From the NCBI GenBank assembly GCA_023441625.1, contig JAEZOA010000044.1, forward strand, positions 40,683 to 104,682: a stretch of 64,000 bases of DNA, written 5' to 3'. The DNA is from Bacillota bacterium (GTDB lineage: Bacteria; Bacillota; Clostridia; Acetivibrionales; DSM-1351). The notes beneath the pieces were generated by a model, which ran no database searches, was not told where the DNA came from, and saw only the letters and a list, made by a program, of their open reading frames with translations. Positions 30,209 through 40,052 of this stretch are shown one piece after another; within the stretch, counting starts at the first letter, position 1, and each line of letters begins with the position of its first letter. Both the position numbers and the translations under genes were made by a program.

Positions 30209-30508
30209 TCACACGATCTTGTTTCCAATCAAAGCTACTGCTATAACTAATAAAGTTACTAATATTGTCAAAACACAACCAATAATAAATCCCCACAATT
30301 GATAACGGTATTTAGCCAGAAACTGTATTTCTTTTATATTCTGTTCACTTTTATCAGCTGGTTGTATTAATTCTTCATATTTAGTTTTACATTTCTTACA
30401 TTCATTTAAATGCTCTTCAATCATTCGATTTGACTCTTCATTTGTTAGTTGTTCAATATATGACAAAAGTAAATCGTTTGAAAGTGCACAAACAATCTTT
30501 CTATCCAT
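30209..30508 (-). CDS. zf-HC2 anti-sigma factor-like protein
   Basis: C..DLL.SY...HLNECKKC plus one TM helix. Confidence 0.8.
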   Translation of the reverse strand: MDRKIVCALSNDLLLSYIEQLTNEESNRMIEEHLNECKKCKTKYEELIQPADKSEQNIKEIQFLAKYRYQLWGFIIGCVLTILVTLLVIAVALIGNKIV

Positions 30509-30523
30509 TTAAAGTTACCTCCT

Positions 30524-30814
30524 CTACCAATTTCCAAAGAAATAATATGTAATACCACCTATGAATCCTAGAATTATAAGTATTGATATAATATCCAGCA
30601 TAAGCACCAGATAATACTTCTTTTTATACCGAATTGTTTTGGTTTTCAGTGGAGTACTTAAAATTGGTTCTTTCATATGTTGGAAGGTTTCCTGACAATT
30701 AGTACAGCCTTGCAAATGCTTCTGTACAAAAGCAGTTGTAGCTTCACTTGTTAAACTATCCATATACAGAGGCAGAACATCTTCAATTATTCCACAAATA
30801 GCTTTATCGTCCAT
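30524..30814 (-). CDS. zf-HC2 anti-sigma factor-like protein
   Basis: C.IIEDVLPLY...HLQGCTNC plus one TM helix; overlaps sigma stop. Confidence 0.82.
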   Translation of the reverse strand: MDDKAICGIIEDVLPLYMDSLTSEATTAFVQKHLQGCTNCQETFQHMKEPILSTPLKTKTIRYKKKYYLVLMLDIISILIILGFIGGITYYFFGNW

Positions 30815-31304
30815 ACACATTCAGCCCCTTTCCAATTTTTTGTTTTCCTCTAAAAAACGTTACCCTTGCCCAGTTTTCTGACTTGCCAAAGACATCTCCA
30901 ATTTCTCTAAAACTTAAGTTTCCTTTGATTCTATGTAGTATAACCCCTTTAGTACTCTCATCTAATTTATCAATTTCTGCATATAAGTCACTCAATGCTT
31001 GATTTGCCATATATGTTTCCTCTAGACTCTTTTGTGGTATTTTATAATTTGTAATTTCATCTATAGAAATTTCTTGACGTATCTTCTTTTTTTCAAGATA
31101 GTGAAACCAGGAATGCTTTGCAATTTGACATAACCAAGTTGATACCTTACATTCGCCTTTAAATTTGTGATGGCTTTTTACCGCCTGATAAAAGGTTTCC
31201 TGTGTCAATTCTTCTGCAAGCTCATCATTCCCATTGGTGAGACTTATCAAATAACGATATATCATATTAAAATGTTCCTCATAAATAATATCTATTTTCT
31301 TCAA
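30804..31304 (-). CDS. ECF RNA polymerase sigma factor
   Basis: AEELTQETFYQA, STWLCQIAKH, SENWARVTFFRGK. Confidence 0.92.
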   Translation of the reverse strand: MKKIDIIYEEHFNMIYRYLISLTNGNDELAEELTQETFYQAVKSHHKFKGECKVSTWLCQIAKHSWFHYLEKKKIRQEISIDEITNYKIPQKSLEETYMANQALSDLYAEIDKLDESTKGVILHRIKGNLSFREIGDVFGKSENWARVTFFRGKQKIGKGLNVYGR

Positions 31305-31345
31305 TGTTTACCTCTTTACGACTTTTATATATCAATATGCTTATT

Positions 31346-31372
31346 AGTACGTTCATTTTAGTTTTCGTTACA
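31346..31372 (-). promoter_or_regulatory. Putative autoregulatory ECF promoter
   Basis: TGTAAC-N15-CGTACT upstream of the sigma gene. Confidence 0.5.
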
Positions 31373-31605
31373 AAAAATTATAAATTTGTTTTTTTCATTA
31401 TACTTGGCTTTGGTAATAAATTAAAGTGTTAAAATTTAAATAGAAATAGGTCATATAGGTGTTCACTATTTCTATTCTACAATTTGAAAAAGTTGTTTTG
31501 TTATAAGTAAAGCATTAACAATAATATACAAATTATTAAGTAATAGTAAACATTGTACGATAATAATAATGAATATCTTAATAAAATTGAAAGGAGTGGT
31601 CTACA

Positions 31606-32475
31606 ATGAGTTATATTTCAAATAATATCAATAATAAATATTGTCAAAGTATAGTATCAAATAAATCTGTATCAATACTAATTAACAAGAATAAAGCTAC
31701 TATTGATTCTAAGAAAAGATTTATCACAACAGATACCTATACAAAGTTAGCTCATCAGCTTGGTTATAACGATTACAAGGTATCTGATGGCACTCCAATA
31801 ACGTTTCATTCTGAAAGATTTGGTGAAATACATAATGGATATGAGTTGTTGGCTAAATTTTATGAGTATAATCGCAAGCAGCTGAATCAAGAAATTAATG
31901 ATGTGCTTGATAAAAATGGTATCAAACTATCAGCTAATGAAAAGTTAAATTTTGCTATTGATGAAAACCAAGCTATAAAAGTCACAGGAGCAGCTAATGA
32001 AGAAAGGAATAAGCAAATCGAGCAAGTCTTAAACAGCAACGAAAATGTTATTGGTAACAAATTGATTAATAGTATTGTGGCAGTAAATAGTTTTAATGGA
32101 CTAATAAGTCATCAGGAATATGATAAATGGGAAGCTTCTAAGCTTTTGAAAGAGCAAACGGGTCAGAGCCTTGAGGACTTAAAACTGGTAGACGGTAAAA
32201 TTATTGGAGGCAATGAGAAGTTTTCTGCCATAGTTGCTTCTTTTAAGAATAGTGCAACAAACGAGTCTAATTATCTTAAAAAACTAATGGTAAAAAAAGT
32301 GATTTCTGCATTATCCTATGGCATCGATAGGATTAATGATATAAGCTTTAGCATTGATTTTCAAAACGGTAGACTAATAGATAAAAACGTAAAATACGGA
32401 TTTAACTCTAATGACCTTAATAAATGGCTAGCTGATGTTTCTCAAAACAGCAGAGGATTTGATACTACAATTTAA
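31606..32475 (+). CDS. Hypothetical protein (DUF4885-like), possibly SigD-dependent
   Basis: R..LNQEINDVLDKNGIKL...IEQVLN pattern; upstream TAAG-N15-TACGATAA at 31537-31563. Confidence 0.55.
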   Translation: MSYISNNINNKYCQSIVSNKSVSILINKNKATIDSKKRFITTDTYTKLAHQLGYNDYKVSDGTPITFHSERFGEIHNGYELLAKFYEYNRKQLNQEINDVLDKNGIKLSANEKLNFAIDENQAIKVTGAANEERNKQIEQVLNSNENVIGNKLINSIVAVNSFNGLISHQEYDKWEASKLLKEQTGQSLEDLKLVDGKIIGGNEKFSAIVASFKNSATNESNYLKKLMVKKVISALSYGIDRINDISFSIDFQNGRLIDKNVKYGFNSNDLNKWLADVSQNSRGFDTTI

Positions 32476-32507
32476 GAAAGACCCCTAATGCAAATATTTT
32501 TTGGGGA

Positions 32508-32714
32508 ATGAAAGCTAAATATGCTGAAGATTCAACTTCACAAAACCCAATTATACAAATAGAATCAAACTATGGTGGTAAAAACTCTATTTATAAAATT
32601 TCCATTAATGATATAAATCCAAATAATGCCTCCCATATAGAAATATTTGCTTTATGCAGTTACGCAGATGAACAGGGGAAAGGTGGTAGTTTAATAAGGG
32701 AAAGGACATTTTAA
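32508..32714 (+). pseudogene. Probable truncated gene fragment
   Basis: Short ORF with INDINPNNAS.IEIFALCSY ending abruptly, followed by a duplicated piece of the upstream gene. Confidence 0.45.
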
Positions 32715-32873
32715 ATTTATTTAGTAAATACCCTAGTAAAATATGATTTTAACTCTAATGACCTTAATAATGGCTCACAGACGGACGTTTCTGAAAACAA
32801 CATATGAATTGAGAAAGCAACCGACATTTTTATATCGATTGCTTTTTTCGTTCAGAGCATAAAATATTCTAAC

Positions 32874-33680
32874 CTATTTTTGCAGATTACGTATAGTTTC
32901 CTTTTGATTTCTAGCCATATCTTTTATTCTTGATTTAGCCTCCCTACTACTCAACACTTTGCTAAACCAGAGAAGAGCATTGGAATTATCACCTAGTCTT
33001 CTGTATATTTCGCCAATTAGGTATTCTAGGCTCGTCTCATCAAGACCATAAATAGGAAACCTCTCATGCTCCAGTGCTTTCATGAAACCCAATTGAGCGT
33101 GATGCTGAAATTTTTTCTCATTCTGCTCATCATTTTTAATTCTATAAAGCCAGCTTAACTTGAGACATATCATAGCTTTGTCGCTGTCTTTTGCCTGGAT
33201 TGTAACTGCATTTAATAATGCCATTTGATGCATTTCAATTGCATTATCTACTGTAAAAACAGTCGGATAGCTTTTCTTAAGGCTCCACTTTGAAGATATT
33301 TTTTCCTTTATTAATTTAATTTGCTTATCGGTGATTAAATTAAATTTACTTGATAAGGCAGTATAACCACAGCAGGTACACATCCATGCATCATAAAACA
33401 GAGGATTTGGATCATTATATATTGTCATAAAATCAGTTTCTCGAGAGACAACACGAATTCCTGAGGTTTTCACAGCTTTTATACGGATATCTTTATTACA
33501 AACGGGACATACTGCTTTTCTCTCATAAACAAAATCAGCAGGACTGGTTGGGTTTGCTAATTTAAATTTGTTTTGGGTAGTATTTTCCTTATTAATATAT
33601 AATGAAATATCTTCAAGATTATCAAAGCCTAAATCTTTTAAGTTATCAAATAAGTTGTTTTGGCTACTATTTTCAGTCAT
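32874..33680 (-). CDS. DUF2225 family protein
   Basis: CPVC, CTCCGY, LKLSWLYR, YLIGEIYRRLG. Confidence 0.8.
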   Translation of the reverse strand: MTENSSQNNLFDNLKDLGFDNLEDISLYINKENTTQNKFKLANPTSPADFVYERKAVCPVCNKDIRIKAVKTSGIRVVSRETDFMTIYNDPNPLFYDAWMCTCCGYTALSSKFNLITDKQIKLIKEKISSKWSLKKSYPTVFTVDNAIEMHQMALLNAVTIQAKDSDKAMICLKLSWLYRIKNDEQNEKKFQHHAQLGFMKALEHERFPIYGLDETSLEYLIGEIYRRLGDNSNALLWFSKVLSSREAKSRIKDMARNQKETIRNLQK

Positions 33681-34019
33681 ATTTATTCCCCTTATCCATC
33701 AGTATTAAAATATGGTAATATAGTTAAAATATAATTCATATTTAAATATTTTACATCAAGAATATGCTTGATTCAAGTCTGTTTAAAAAAGATAATTAAA
33801 ACTAAAACCAATGCTTTGTCGTTATTGATATTATTCCTATTAGAACCAATTTTTTCTTGTATTTTTTGTATTACGATGATATGATATTTTGGTGATTTCA
33901 GTGAGGCTTTACCTCATATATCTTAATCATCAAAGAGACAGCAAGACTAGTGAGCGATGGACATTCACTTGATGAACTTACAGACACTCCTTATAAACCA
34001 TAAATTAGAAGGTGATTAC

Positions 34020-34523
34020 TTGAAGAAGAAAAAATTAATTATTACTCTAAGCATTATCGTTGTTTTAATGTTAACAGGTATTATTACTAACAATAAATTG
34101 TATAAATCGTATAAAACGGAAATAAACTATGCGACTTTTCAAATGGAGCGTTTATGTAAAATTTTTGGATTTGAAATGAAAATTGATTCAGACAAAAAAT
34201 CTTCTTATACTGATTTTTTATTGAAGACGATAACATTTCAGAAAAAAGATTATGATGTATTAATCCCACAAATGTCACTATTGGAAACAGAAAAGTCAAA
34301 AATGAGAATAGCGAATTTCAATAATAATCTTTTCAATAATCCCAGATTTGAAGAAGAAAAAATGTATGTAGATGATTTAGATCTAATCGATGAAAAAGGA
34401 TTAACCACGGAAGATATTACTAAAAATCCTCAAGAGACCTATAATATTATCTCAGAACTTCAAATTCAATTTAGAATGTGGCATCATGATATAACGGATT
34501 TAACCAACAATGCTTACCCATGA
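34020..34523 (+). CDS. Hypothetical exported or membrane-anchored protein
   Basis: TTG start after GAAGGTGA; KKKK plus hydrophobic segment. Confidence 0.6.
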   Translation: MKKKKLIITLSIIVVLMLTGIITNNKLYKSYKTEINYATFQMERLCKIFGFEMKIDSDKKSSYTDFLLKTITFQKKDYDVLIPQMSLLETEKSKMRIANFNNNLFNNPRFEEEKMYVDDLDLIDEKGLTTEDITKNPQETYNIISELQIQFRMWHHDITDLTNNAYP

Positions 34524-34611
34524 TTAATTATAGATTTATAGCTCAAAGCAAACTCCTATACTACTTATTCACCGAATAGTATAGGAGTGTACATAAAATG
34601 CTAAATAAACA

Positions 34612-34965
34612 CTAAAACTTCTTAAATGCAAAAAACACTGCACCAATTATACAAACAAATGAAAGCAGGTAATTGAGCTTAAAGCTCTCCTTTAAGTATA
34701 GTACTGAGAAGAATCCGAAAACAACAAGGGTTATAGCTTCCTGAATTATTTTAAGCTGTGCAGTATCAAAATTCTTTGAGGCTAGTCTGTTTGCCGGAAT
34801 CATAAAACAGTACTCAAAGAAGGCAATGCCCCAGCTGATAAGAATAATAATCGGTAGGGAAACAGTACTGGTTTTAAATTTCAAATTACCGTACCAGGCA
34901 AAGGTCATAAAAATATTTGATATAACTAAAAGTAAAAAAGGCCAAAATTTTAATATAGAAGACAT
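34612..34965 (-). CDS. DMT family small membrane protein (DUF486 type)
   Basis: SNIFMTFAWYG, SWGIAFFEY..PANR, QLKIIQE. Confidence 0.88.
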   Translation of the reverse strand: MSSILKFWPFLLLVISNIFMTFAWYGNLKFKTSTVSLPIIILISWGIAFFEYCFMIPANRLASKNFDTAQLKIIQEAITLVVFGFFSVLYLKESFKLNYLLSFVCIIGAVFFAFKKF

Positions 34966-35068
34966 ATGTAAGTACTCCTTGTGTGTTATTTGTATAAATT
35001 CATATAATATGCTATTCACATTATCCCATTACGCCAGTCGTATTCTCTTACGATAACGTGATTGAGAA

Positions 35069-35485
35069 TTAGTTACCTTCTTTTATTAAAAGCAGTTGCT
35101 TAACTGTTTCGATATCTGCATCATTCTTTACGTCAACCATGAATGAACGTCCCTCAACATATGTTGTGGCTTCTTCAATACAGCAGATTATGTGTTCCGG
35201 TATATCTGATTCTTTTGCTTTTTCGATTGCCTTTTCTCCAAAAACAAAGGTGAGCTTAAAATAGCCATCCTGCGGAATCATGTAAAACAGAGTTCGTTTA
35301 CCGCTTTTTACCACATAAGACCATCCCGATTTTTTACTATAAAATTTCCATTCACCTAAAGCATCGCTATTCACTTTTACAAACTCAAAAAGATGATTCC
35401 ACAATGTATGTGTACTTCTAAGAATATTCGCTAAAGCTGTGTTATCAGGTAAAATTGCTTTTTCATTGAAAATGCTTGTTGACAT
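35069..35485 (-). CDS. DUF3788 family protein
   Basis: WKFYSKKSGW, KRTLFY, YVEGR; upstream palindrome TGACA-N6-TGTCA at 35533-35548. Confidence 0.78.
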   Translation of the reverse strand: MSTSIFNEKAILPDNTALANILRSTHTLWNHLFEFVKVNSDALGEWKFYSKKSGWSYVVKSGKRTLFYMIPQDGYFKLTFVFGEKAIEKAKESDIPEHIICCIEEATTYVEGRSFMVDVKNDADIETVKQLLLIKEGN

Positions 35486-35874
35486 TGTCAATCCTCCAAA
35501 GTTTTTTATTAGAAAGAATAACATAATTAACTTGACAACGTCATGTCATATTATTCAAAAGGTGAAAGCCAATTTTGTAATTATATCATGTGTACAGATA
35601 AAATCCAATAATCAAAAAAGCCTGTATGGTGGTTAAAATGCTGATCTTAAAATGCTAAAGACTCTAAAAATGAAAAGCTGTTCTTAGATAGAATTAGACA
35701 GTTTATTATAATAAAGGGACAACTCAATGAAATGGTAGTGAAATTTGCTGAAAGGTATAATACTATAAGAAAAGAATATGGCGAAAACCGACAATTTTGC
35801 CCAGAAACAGTATAAAGAGGTTATTTGAGAGTATGCAGTCTGTATGTGATATTTTCGAAGGGAATTTAGGATAG

Positions 35875-36030
35875 AAAAAACTACTGAACAAAATCCGGTA
35901 GTTTTTCTTTTGGTGTGGACGGTGGGACGGTGCTTAGGTTCAAGTCCCATGAGAAGAAACACAAAACAGCAACCGATACTCTCATATCGTTTGCTATTTT
36001 ATTTGTATGGACAGTGGGACTTGAACAATT
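35875..36030 (-). mobile_element. Degenerate tRNA-Leu 3' end copies (att scars)
   Basis: TGGTGTGGACGGTGGGAC and TGGACAGTGGGACTTGAAC match the 3' end of the tRNA at 38431; the terminator AAAAACTACTGAA..GTAGTTTTT is also found at 37628. Confidence 0.7.
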
Positions 36031-36319
36031 TGTTCTTTAAAAAATACGATAGAAAGGGGCTTTTCAGCATGTCAACTACAAGTGTAACAAAAGTGTAACA
36101 AAACTTCCGCATTAACTCACGAATTGGATAGTGTCTATATATTATTCTTTAAAATAATCAGATGCAAGGATACCATACATACACGCATCTACAATGCCTT
36201 TATTGCTCCAATCTGCTTTTCTCAATGTACCTTCATATATCAAATCGCATTTTTTCATCACTCTACCAGAATTAGAATTTTCAGGGTCATGCTGTGACTC
36301 AATTCTCTTAACTTCTACT

Positions 36320-36661
36320 TGCTCAAAGAAAAAAGGAATGATTTACGAGACACCTTCCGTACATAAAATGAAAGGCAAAAAAGTAAAAGTTCCAGAGGAT
36401 GAACAATTTATACATGAGAATTTTATGCCAGCCATAATCAATGAAGAAGATTTTTATATGGTTCAGGAATTGTTCGATAAAAGGGTGGAGGAAAAGGTCA
36501 GAGCAAAGAACCAGAAAATTCATAAGTATGCTCAGGTACTAATTCAGAAAAAATCTCTTACAAACACAAACATTTCATTGTTAATAGATAAAATCATAAT
36601 AAAGGAAACCGATGAACTAGGGGAGTATAATAGACCTAAGCTGGATATTGAGGTGGTCTGA
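36320..36661 (+). pseudogene. Serine recombinase C-terminal fragment with internal deletion
   Basis: HENFMPAIINEEDFYMVQELF recombinase-domain end fused to LLIDKIIIKE tail; no catalytic N-terminus. Confidence 0.65.
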
Positions 36662-36850
36662 AATACTCCTTATTTAATATTGGGATAACTGAGGGGCTGG
36701 AGATAGTGGGTTAAGCATTCATGATAATAGTAACTGCTAAATATTATTACTGTTGACTCCAATTAATTCCAAGTATATAATCGATGAAGTGAATTTTGAG
36801 ACAGAGCAGTTTATTTAACGAAGTAAAGGTAATTTATGGGGGGGATACAT

Positions 36851-37546
36851 TTGAAAAAAATTGGTATTATTTGTGCAGTAGAAAAAGAATTGCAACCATT
36901 TTTGGATGTTTTAGAAAAGAAAGTTACTACAAAATATGCACGAATTACTTTTTATGAGGGAACTATAGACAATATTGATGTAATCACGTTATTTTGTGGA
37001 GTGTGTAAAGTTAATGCTGCTGTTGCAACTCAGATCTTAGTTGATAAATATAATGTTGACTTGATAATTGTTTCTGGAACAGCAGGGGGATTAGATAATC
37101 GATTAGAAATTGGTGATACTGTTATTTCAACAGAAATTGCGTATCATGATTTAGCTGATAATATATTAACGGAATATCACCCGTGGATGCCTGACATATA
37201 TTTTCATGCGGATAGAAATCTAATTTCATTAAGCGAGAATATGTTGAAAAATTCCAAATTACCACAATCAGTTTTTTTTGGTAGAATAGTCACAGGAGAA
37301 GCATTTATTGACCAAAAAGATAGAGCCGAAATAAATAAGAAATTTACGCCATTATGCGTTGACATGGAGACAGCAGCGATAGCTCATGTTTGCTATGTGA
37401 ATTCAATCCCATTTATTGCTGTTCGTTCTATATCAGATACAGAAGAAAAAAGTGGAGAAAATAACTTTGCTATAAACTGTGATTTGGCTTCAATAAATTC
37501 ATTTGAGGTTGTTAAACTATTACTAAATCAAATATTCTCATCATAA
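36851..37546 (+). CDS. mtnN: 5'-methylthioadenosine/S-adenosylhomocysteine nucleosidase
   Basis: GIICAVEKE, GVCKVNAA, DMETAAIAHVC, VRSISD. Confidence 0.88.
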   Translation: MKKIGIICAVEKELQPFLDVLEKKVTTKYARITFYEGTIDNIDVITLFCGVCKVNAAVATQILVDKYNVDLIIVSGTAGGLDNRLEIGDTVISTEIAYHDLADNILTEYHPWMPDIYFHADRNLISLSENMLKNSKLPQSVFFGRIVTGEAFIDQKDRAEINKKFTPLCVDMETAAIAHVCYVNSIPFIAVRSISDTEEKSGENNFAINCDLASINSFEVVKLLLNQIFSS

Positions 37547-37627
37547 CAAACGAACATAATCAAATGTTATTCACATTATTATAACCCTTGAACAAATATA
37601 ACATAAGATTGATAAGGGAGAGCATAG

Positions 37628-37697
37628 AAAAACTACTGAATTAAATCCAGTAGTTTTTTTGGTGCGACCGATGGGACTTGAACCCATACCCATACGG
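37628..37697 (-). mobile_element. Degenerate tRNA-Leu 3' end copy with terminator (att scar)
   Basis: TGGTGCGACCGATGGGACTTGAACCCATAC versus tRNA TGGTGCGGACGGTGGGACTTGAACCCACAC. Confidence 0.72.
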
Positions 37698-37726
37698 TCT
37701 CAATATGCCACTATTGTAAGTTATGT

Positions 37727-38341
37727 TTATTTGCGAAGGATTCCAAAAGGTTTGCCAGTAGGTAAAAAAACTTTACCAAGATGACCGTTGAAAACAGCAG
37801 CAGCTGACCCATAGAAAGACAACAAAGCTATCAGAAGCTCCGACCAAGCGGCAAGCTTATGGGTAAATTCCTCCATTATTCCAAATGTACTCAAAGACAG
37901 ACCTATAAATAGAAAATCAATCATAACAAATATAAAAAACAGAACTTTGTTGGTTTCGGTTGCTAAAACGGTCATAAATAAAGCGAAAAGCAAATAGCCA
38001 ATAAAAGCAAAGCCGAGCTGATTGCTGTCTGCGTTTGCAACAAGCTGTTCACCAAAAAAGCCAAGCTTGATAAGCCAAGAAAAAGCAACACCAAACCAGA
38101 AAAATGCAAATCCACCAAAGGCGGTGGCACCGAAGACGTTGTTGCGTTTGGCATCACCAATGCAAGCAAACAATTGTGCAAAGCCTCCTAAAAATAGTGC
38201 CCAAGGAATTATCATCGATAAACCTTCTGTCCATCCAAGCTTTTGTGAAGAGGCGACCAGTGTTACCATGGCTAGGCCAAAAAGGCCGAGAGCGGAGGGG
38301 TCTGCAAAAATAGTTTTGATTTCATGTGGTTTTTCATTCAT
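37727..38341 (-). CDS. satP: Acetate uptake transporter (GPR1/FUN34/YaaH family)
   Basis: FADPSALGLFG, GGFAQL, NVFGATAFG.F..FW. Confidence 0.85.
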   Translation of the reverse strand: MNEKPHEIKTIFADPSALGLFGLAMVTLVASSQKLGWTEGLSMIIPWALFLGGFAQLFACIGDAKRNNVFGATAFGGFAFFWFGVAFSWLIKLGFFGEQLVANADSNQLGFAFIGYLLFALFMTVLATETNKVLFFIFVMIDFLFIGLSLSTFGIMEEFTHKLAAWSELLIALLSFYGSAAAVFNGHLGKVFLPTGKPFGILRK

Positions 38342-38430
38342 TAGTAAATCCTCCTAAATATTTTTTTATATTCCTAAATCAGTAAAAAGACAAAAAAAAA
38401 TAATCGACACTTCTGCCAATTATTTTTTTT

Positions 38431-38513
38431 TGGTGCGGACGGTGGGACTTGAACCCACACGGTCTCCCATACGCCCCTCAAACGTACGCGTCTGCCAGTT
38501 CCGCCACGACCGC
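38431..38513 (-). tRNA. tRNA-Leu (GAG)
   Basis: Cloverleaf GCGGTCGTGGCGGAACTGGCAGACGCG..TT-GAG-GG..GGTTCAAGTCCC..ACCA with long variable arm. Confidence 0.95.
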
Positions 38514-38916
38514 ATCTAATTAGTTCAGCTGCTGCTTTTGCATCAGCAAATATGATTATACTCGCAATGGCTATGGGTTGTCAACTGTTAATTTTAAAAA
38601 AATAATTGTCCTTAAATGAAACCTTAAATGAAAAAGTAATTGAAAAGTAATTGTCGAAAATTGAACCTCCAAAATTACCCCTTAAAATTCAACCAAGTTA
38701 ATATGATAATAGGACTTAAATAGAATAATTAGAATAAATAGAATAAATTAACGTAAAAGCCCAAATGACAAAAATATATTGAAATGGAAATATATATAAA
38801 CTAGATAAAAACTATGCTAATAGTTTGTAAATAATTATTGGATTTTAACAAAAATATGTTGTAGTAAGCAAATTTGATTGATACAATACTAATGATAACT
38901 ACAGATTAAAGGAGAG

Positions 38917-39861
38917 TTGAGCGTGGGTTTTCTAAGTTCAAGATATACTAAGCCAGGTCCAGGAGTCGAAAAAGATGCTCCTAAGAAACCAAGTTTTTTT
39001 GTTTTTTTTGAGGTGCTAAAACGTAAGTTTTGGAATTTAATTAAAGTAAATATGATGTATGTAGTATTTAATGCTCTTGCATTATTTATAGCACTTTATA
39101 TATCATCATTTTTTATGCAAAAAATAGTTATAGACAATGGTACAGGAGATTTTGTTATAAGATTGGTTTTTGCTGCATTTTTAACTTTAATTCCATTAAT
39201 TACGATAGGACCGGTTCAAGCAGGATTTACCTATATTTTAAGAAACTATTCAAGGGAAGAGCATGCTTTTATTTGGAGTGATTTTAAAGAGAATATTTTA
39301 AAGAATTTTAAACAAGGTATTATAATTACTGTTATAGATATTTTTGTGATGTTTATATTAGGTTTTGCATTAAACGTATACACTACTATGACAGGTTTAT
39401 TGTCGGTTGCAGCAACAGCATTTACTGTTCTTTCGATCGTGATGTTTATTATAATGCATTTCTATATCTATCCTATGCTAGTTACTGTTAAACTTAATGT
39501 AAAAAGTATATATAAGAATGCTTTGATTTTCTCACTAATTAAATTTATCCCTAACGTACTAATGCTTATTTTAAATTTAGTTGTCATATTTGTGGCATTT
39601 TATATCCCTTTAATTGGCGCCGTTCTTTATGTGTTTATACTCCCGAGTTTTATAGGACTAATGAATAACTTCTATGCTAATCCTCTTATAAACAAATATG
39701 TTGTAGACCCAAATATATCTAATGAAGCTGAAGAAGAAAACCAAGCTGACAATGATACTGAAGGCTTTTATAAGAAGGTAGTAGATTCTGAAGTAGTTAA
39801 TGAAACAGACAGTGACTCAGAAATTAAAGCATTGCCAGATAATGATGATTTAGATAAATAA
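38917..39861 (+). CDS. DUF624/YesL family membrane protein
   Basis: PGPGVEKDAP, RKFWNLI, IGPVQAG, F.ENFKQ; acidic tail. Confidence 0.8.
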   Translation: MSVGFLSSRYTKPGPGVEKDAPKKPSFFVFFEVLKRKFWNLIKVNMMYVVFNALALFIALYISSFFMQKIVIDNGTGDFVIRLVFAAFLTLIPLITIGPVQAGFTYILRNYSREEHAFIWSDFKENILKNFKQGIIITVIDIFVMFILGFALNVYTTMTGLLSVAATAFTVLSIVMFIIMHFYIYPMLVTVKLNVKSIYKNALIFSLIKFIPNVLMLILNLVVIFVAFYIPLIGAVLYVFILPSFIGLMNNFYANPLINKYVVDPNISNEAEEENQADNDTEGFYKKVVDSEVVNETDSDSEIKALPDNDDLDK

Positions 39862-39914
39862 AACTTCAGAAATTAAATCATTGCCAGATAATGATGGTTT
39901 AGATAAGTAAAACT
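39817..39914 (+). repeat. 49-bp tandem duplication spanning the stop codon
   Basis: TCAGAAATTAAAGCATTGCCAGATAATGATGATTTAGATAAATAAAACT repeated with 3 substitutions. Confidence 0.9.
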
Positions 39915-40052
39915 ATAGAAAGGTACTATCTCATGGGAGTCAGTTCATAATGAGACAGTACCTTTTTTATAATAGTGCGTCCAGCGAAGCTGGAGCACAC
40001 TGCATATTCATTTTACTTGAGTAGTTTTTTAGCTATTACTAACTAATTTAAG

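Noticed and set aside
35020..35066. CGACTGGCG upstream of the DMT gene, ZTP-riboswitch-like
   Set aside because: No downstream CGCCTGGGC pseudoknot partner and no full aptamer
35684..36098. ORFs 35684-35962 and 35910-36098
   Set aside because: They run across tRNA-end scars and terminators; likely spurious
38610..38750. Short tandem duplications CCTTAAATGAAA x2, GAAAAGTAATT x2, TAGAATAA x3
   Set aside because: Low-complexity AT-rich slippage; no supportable function
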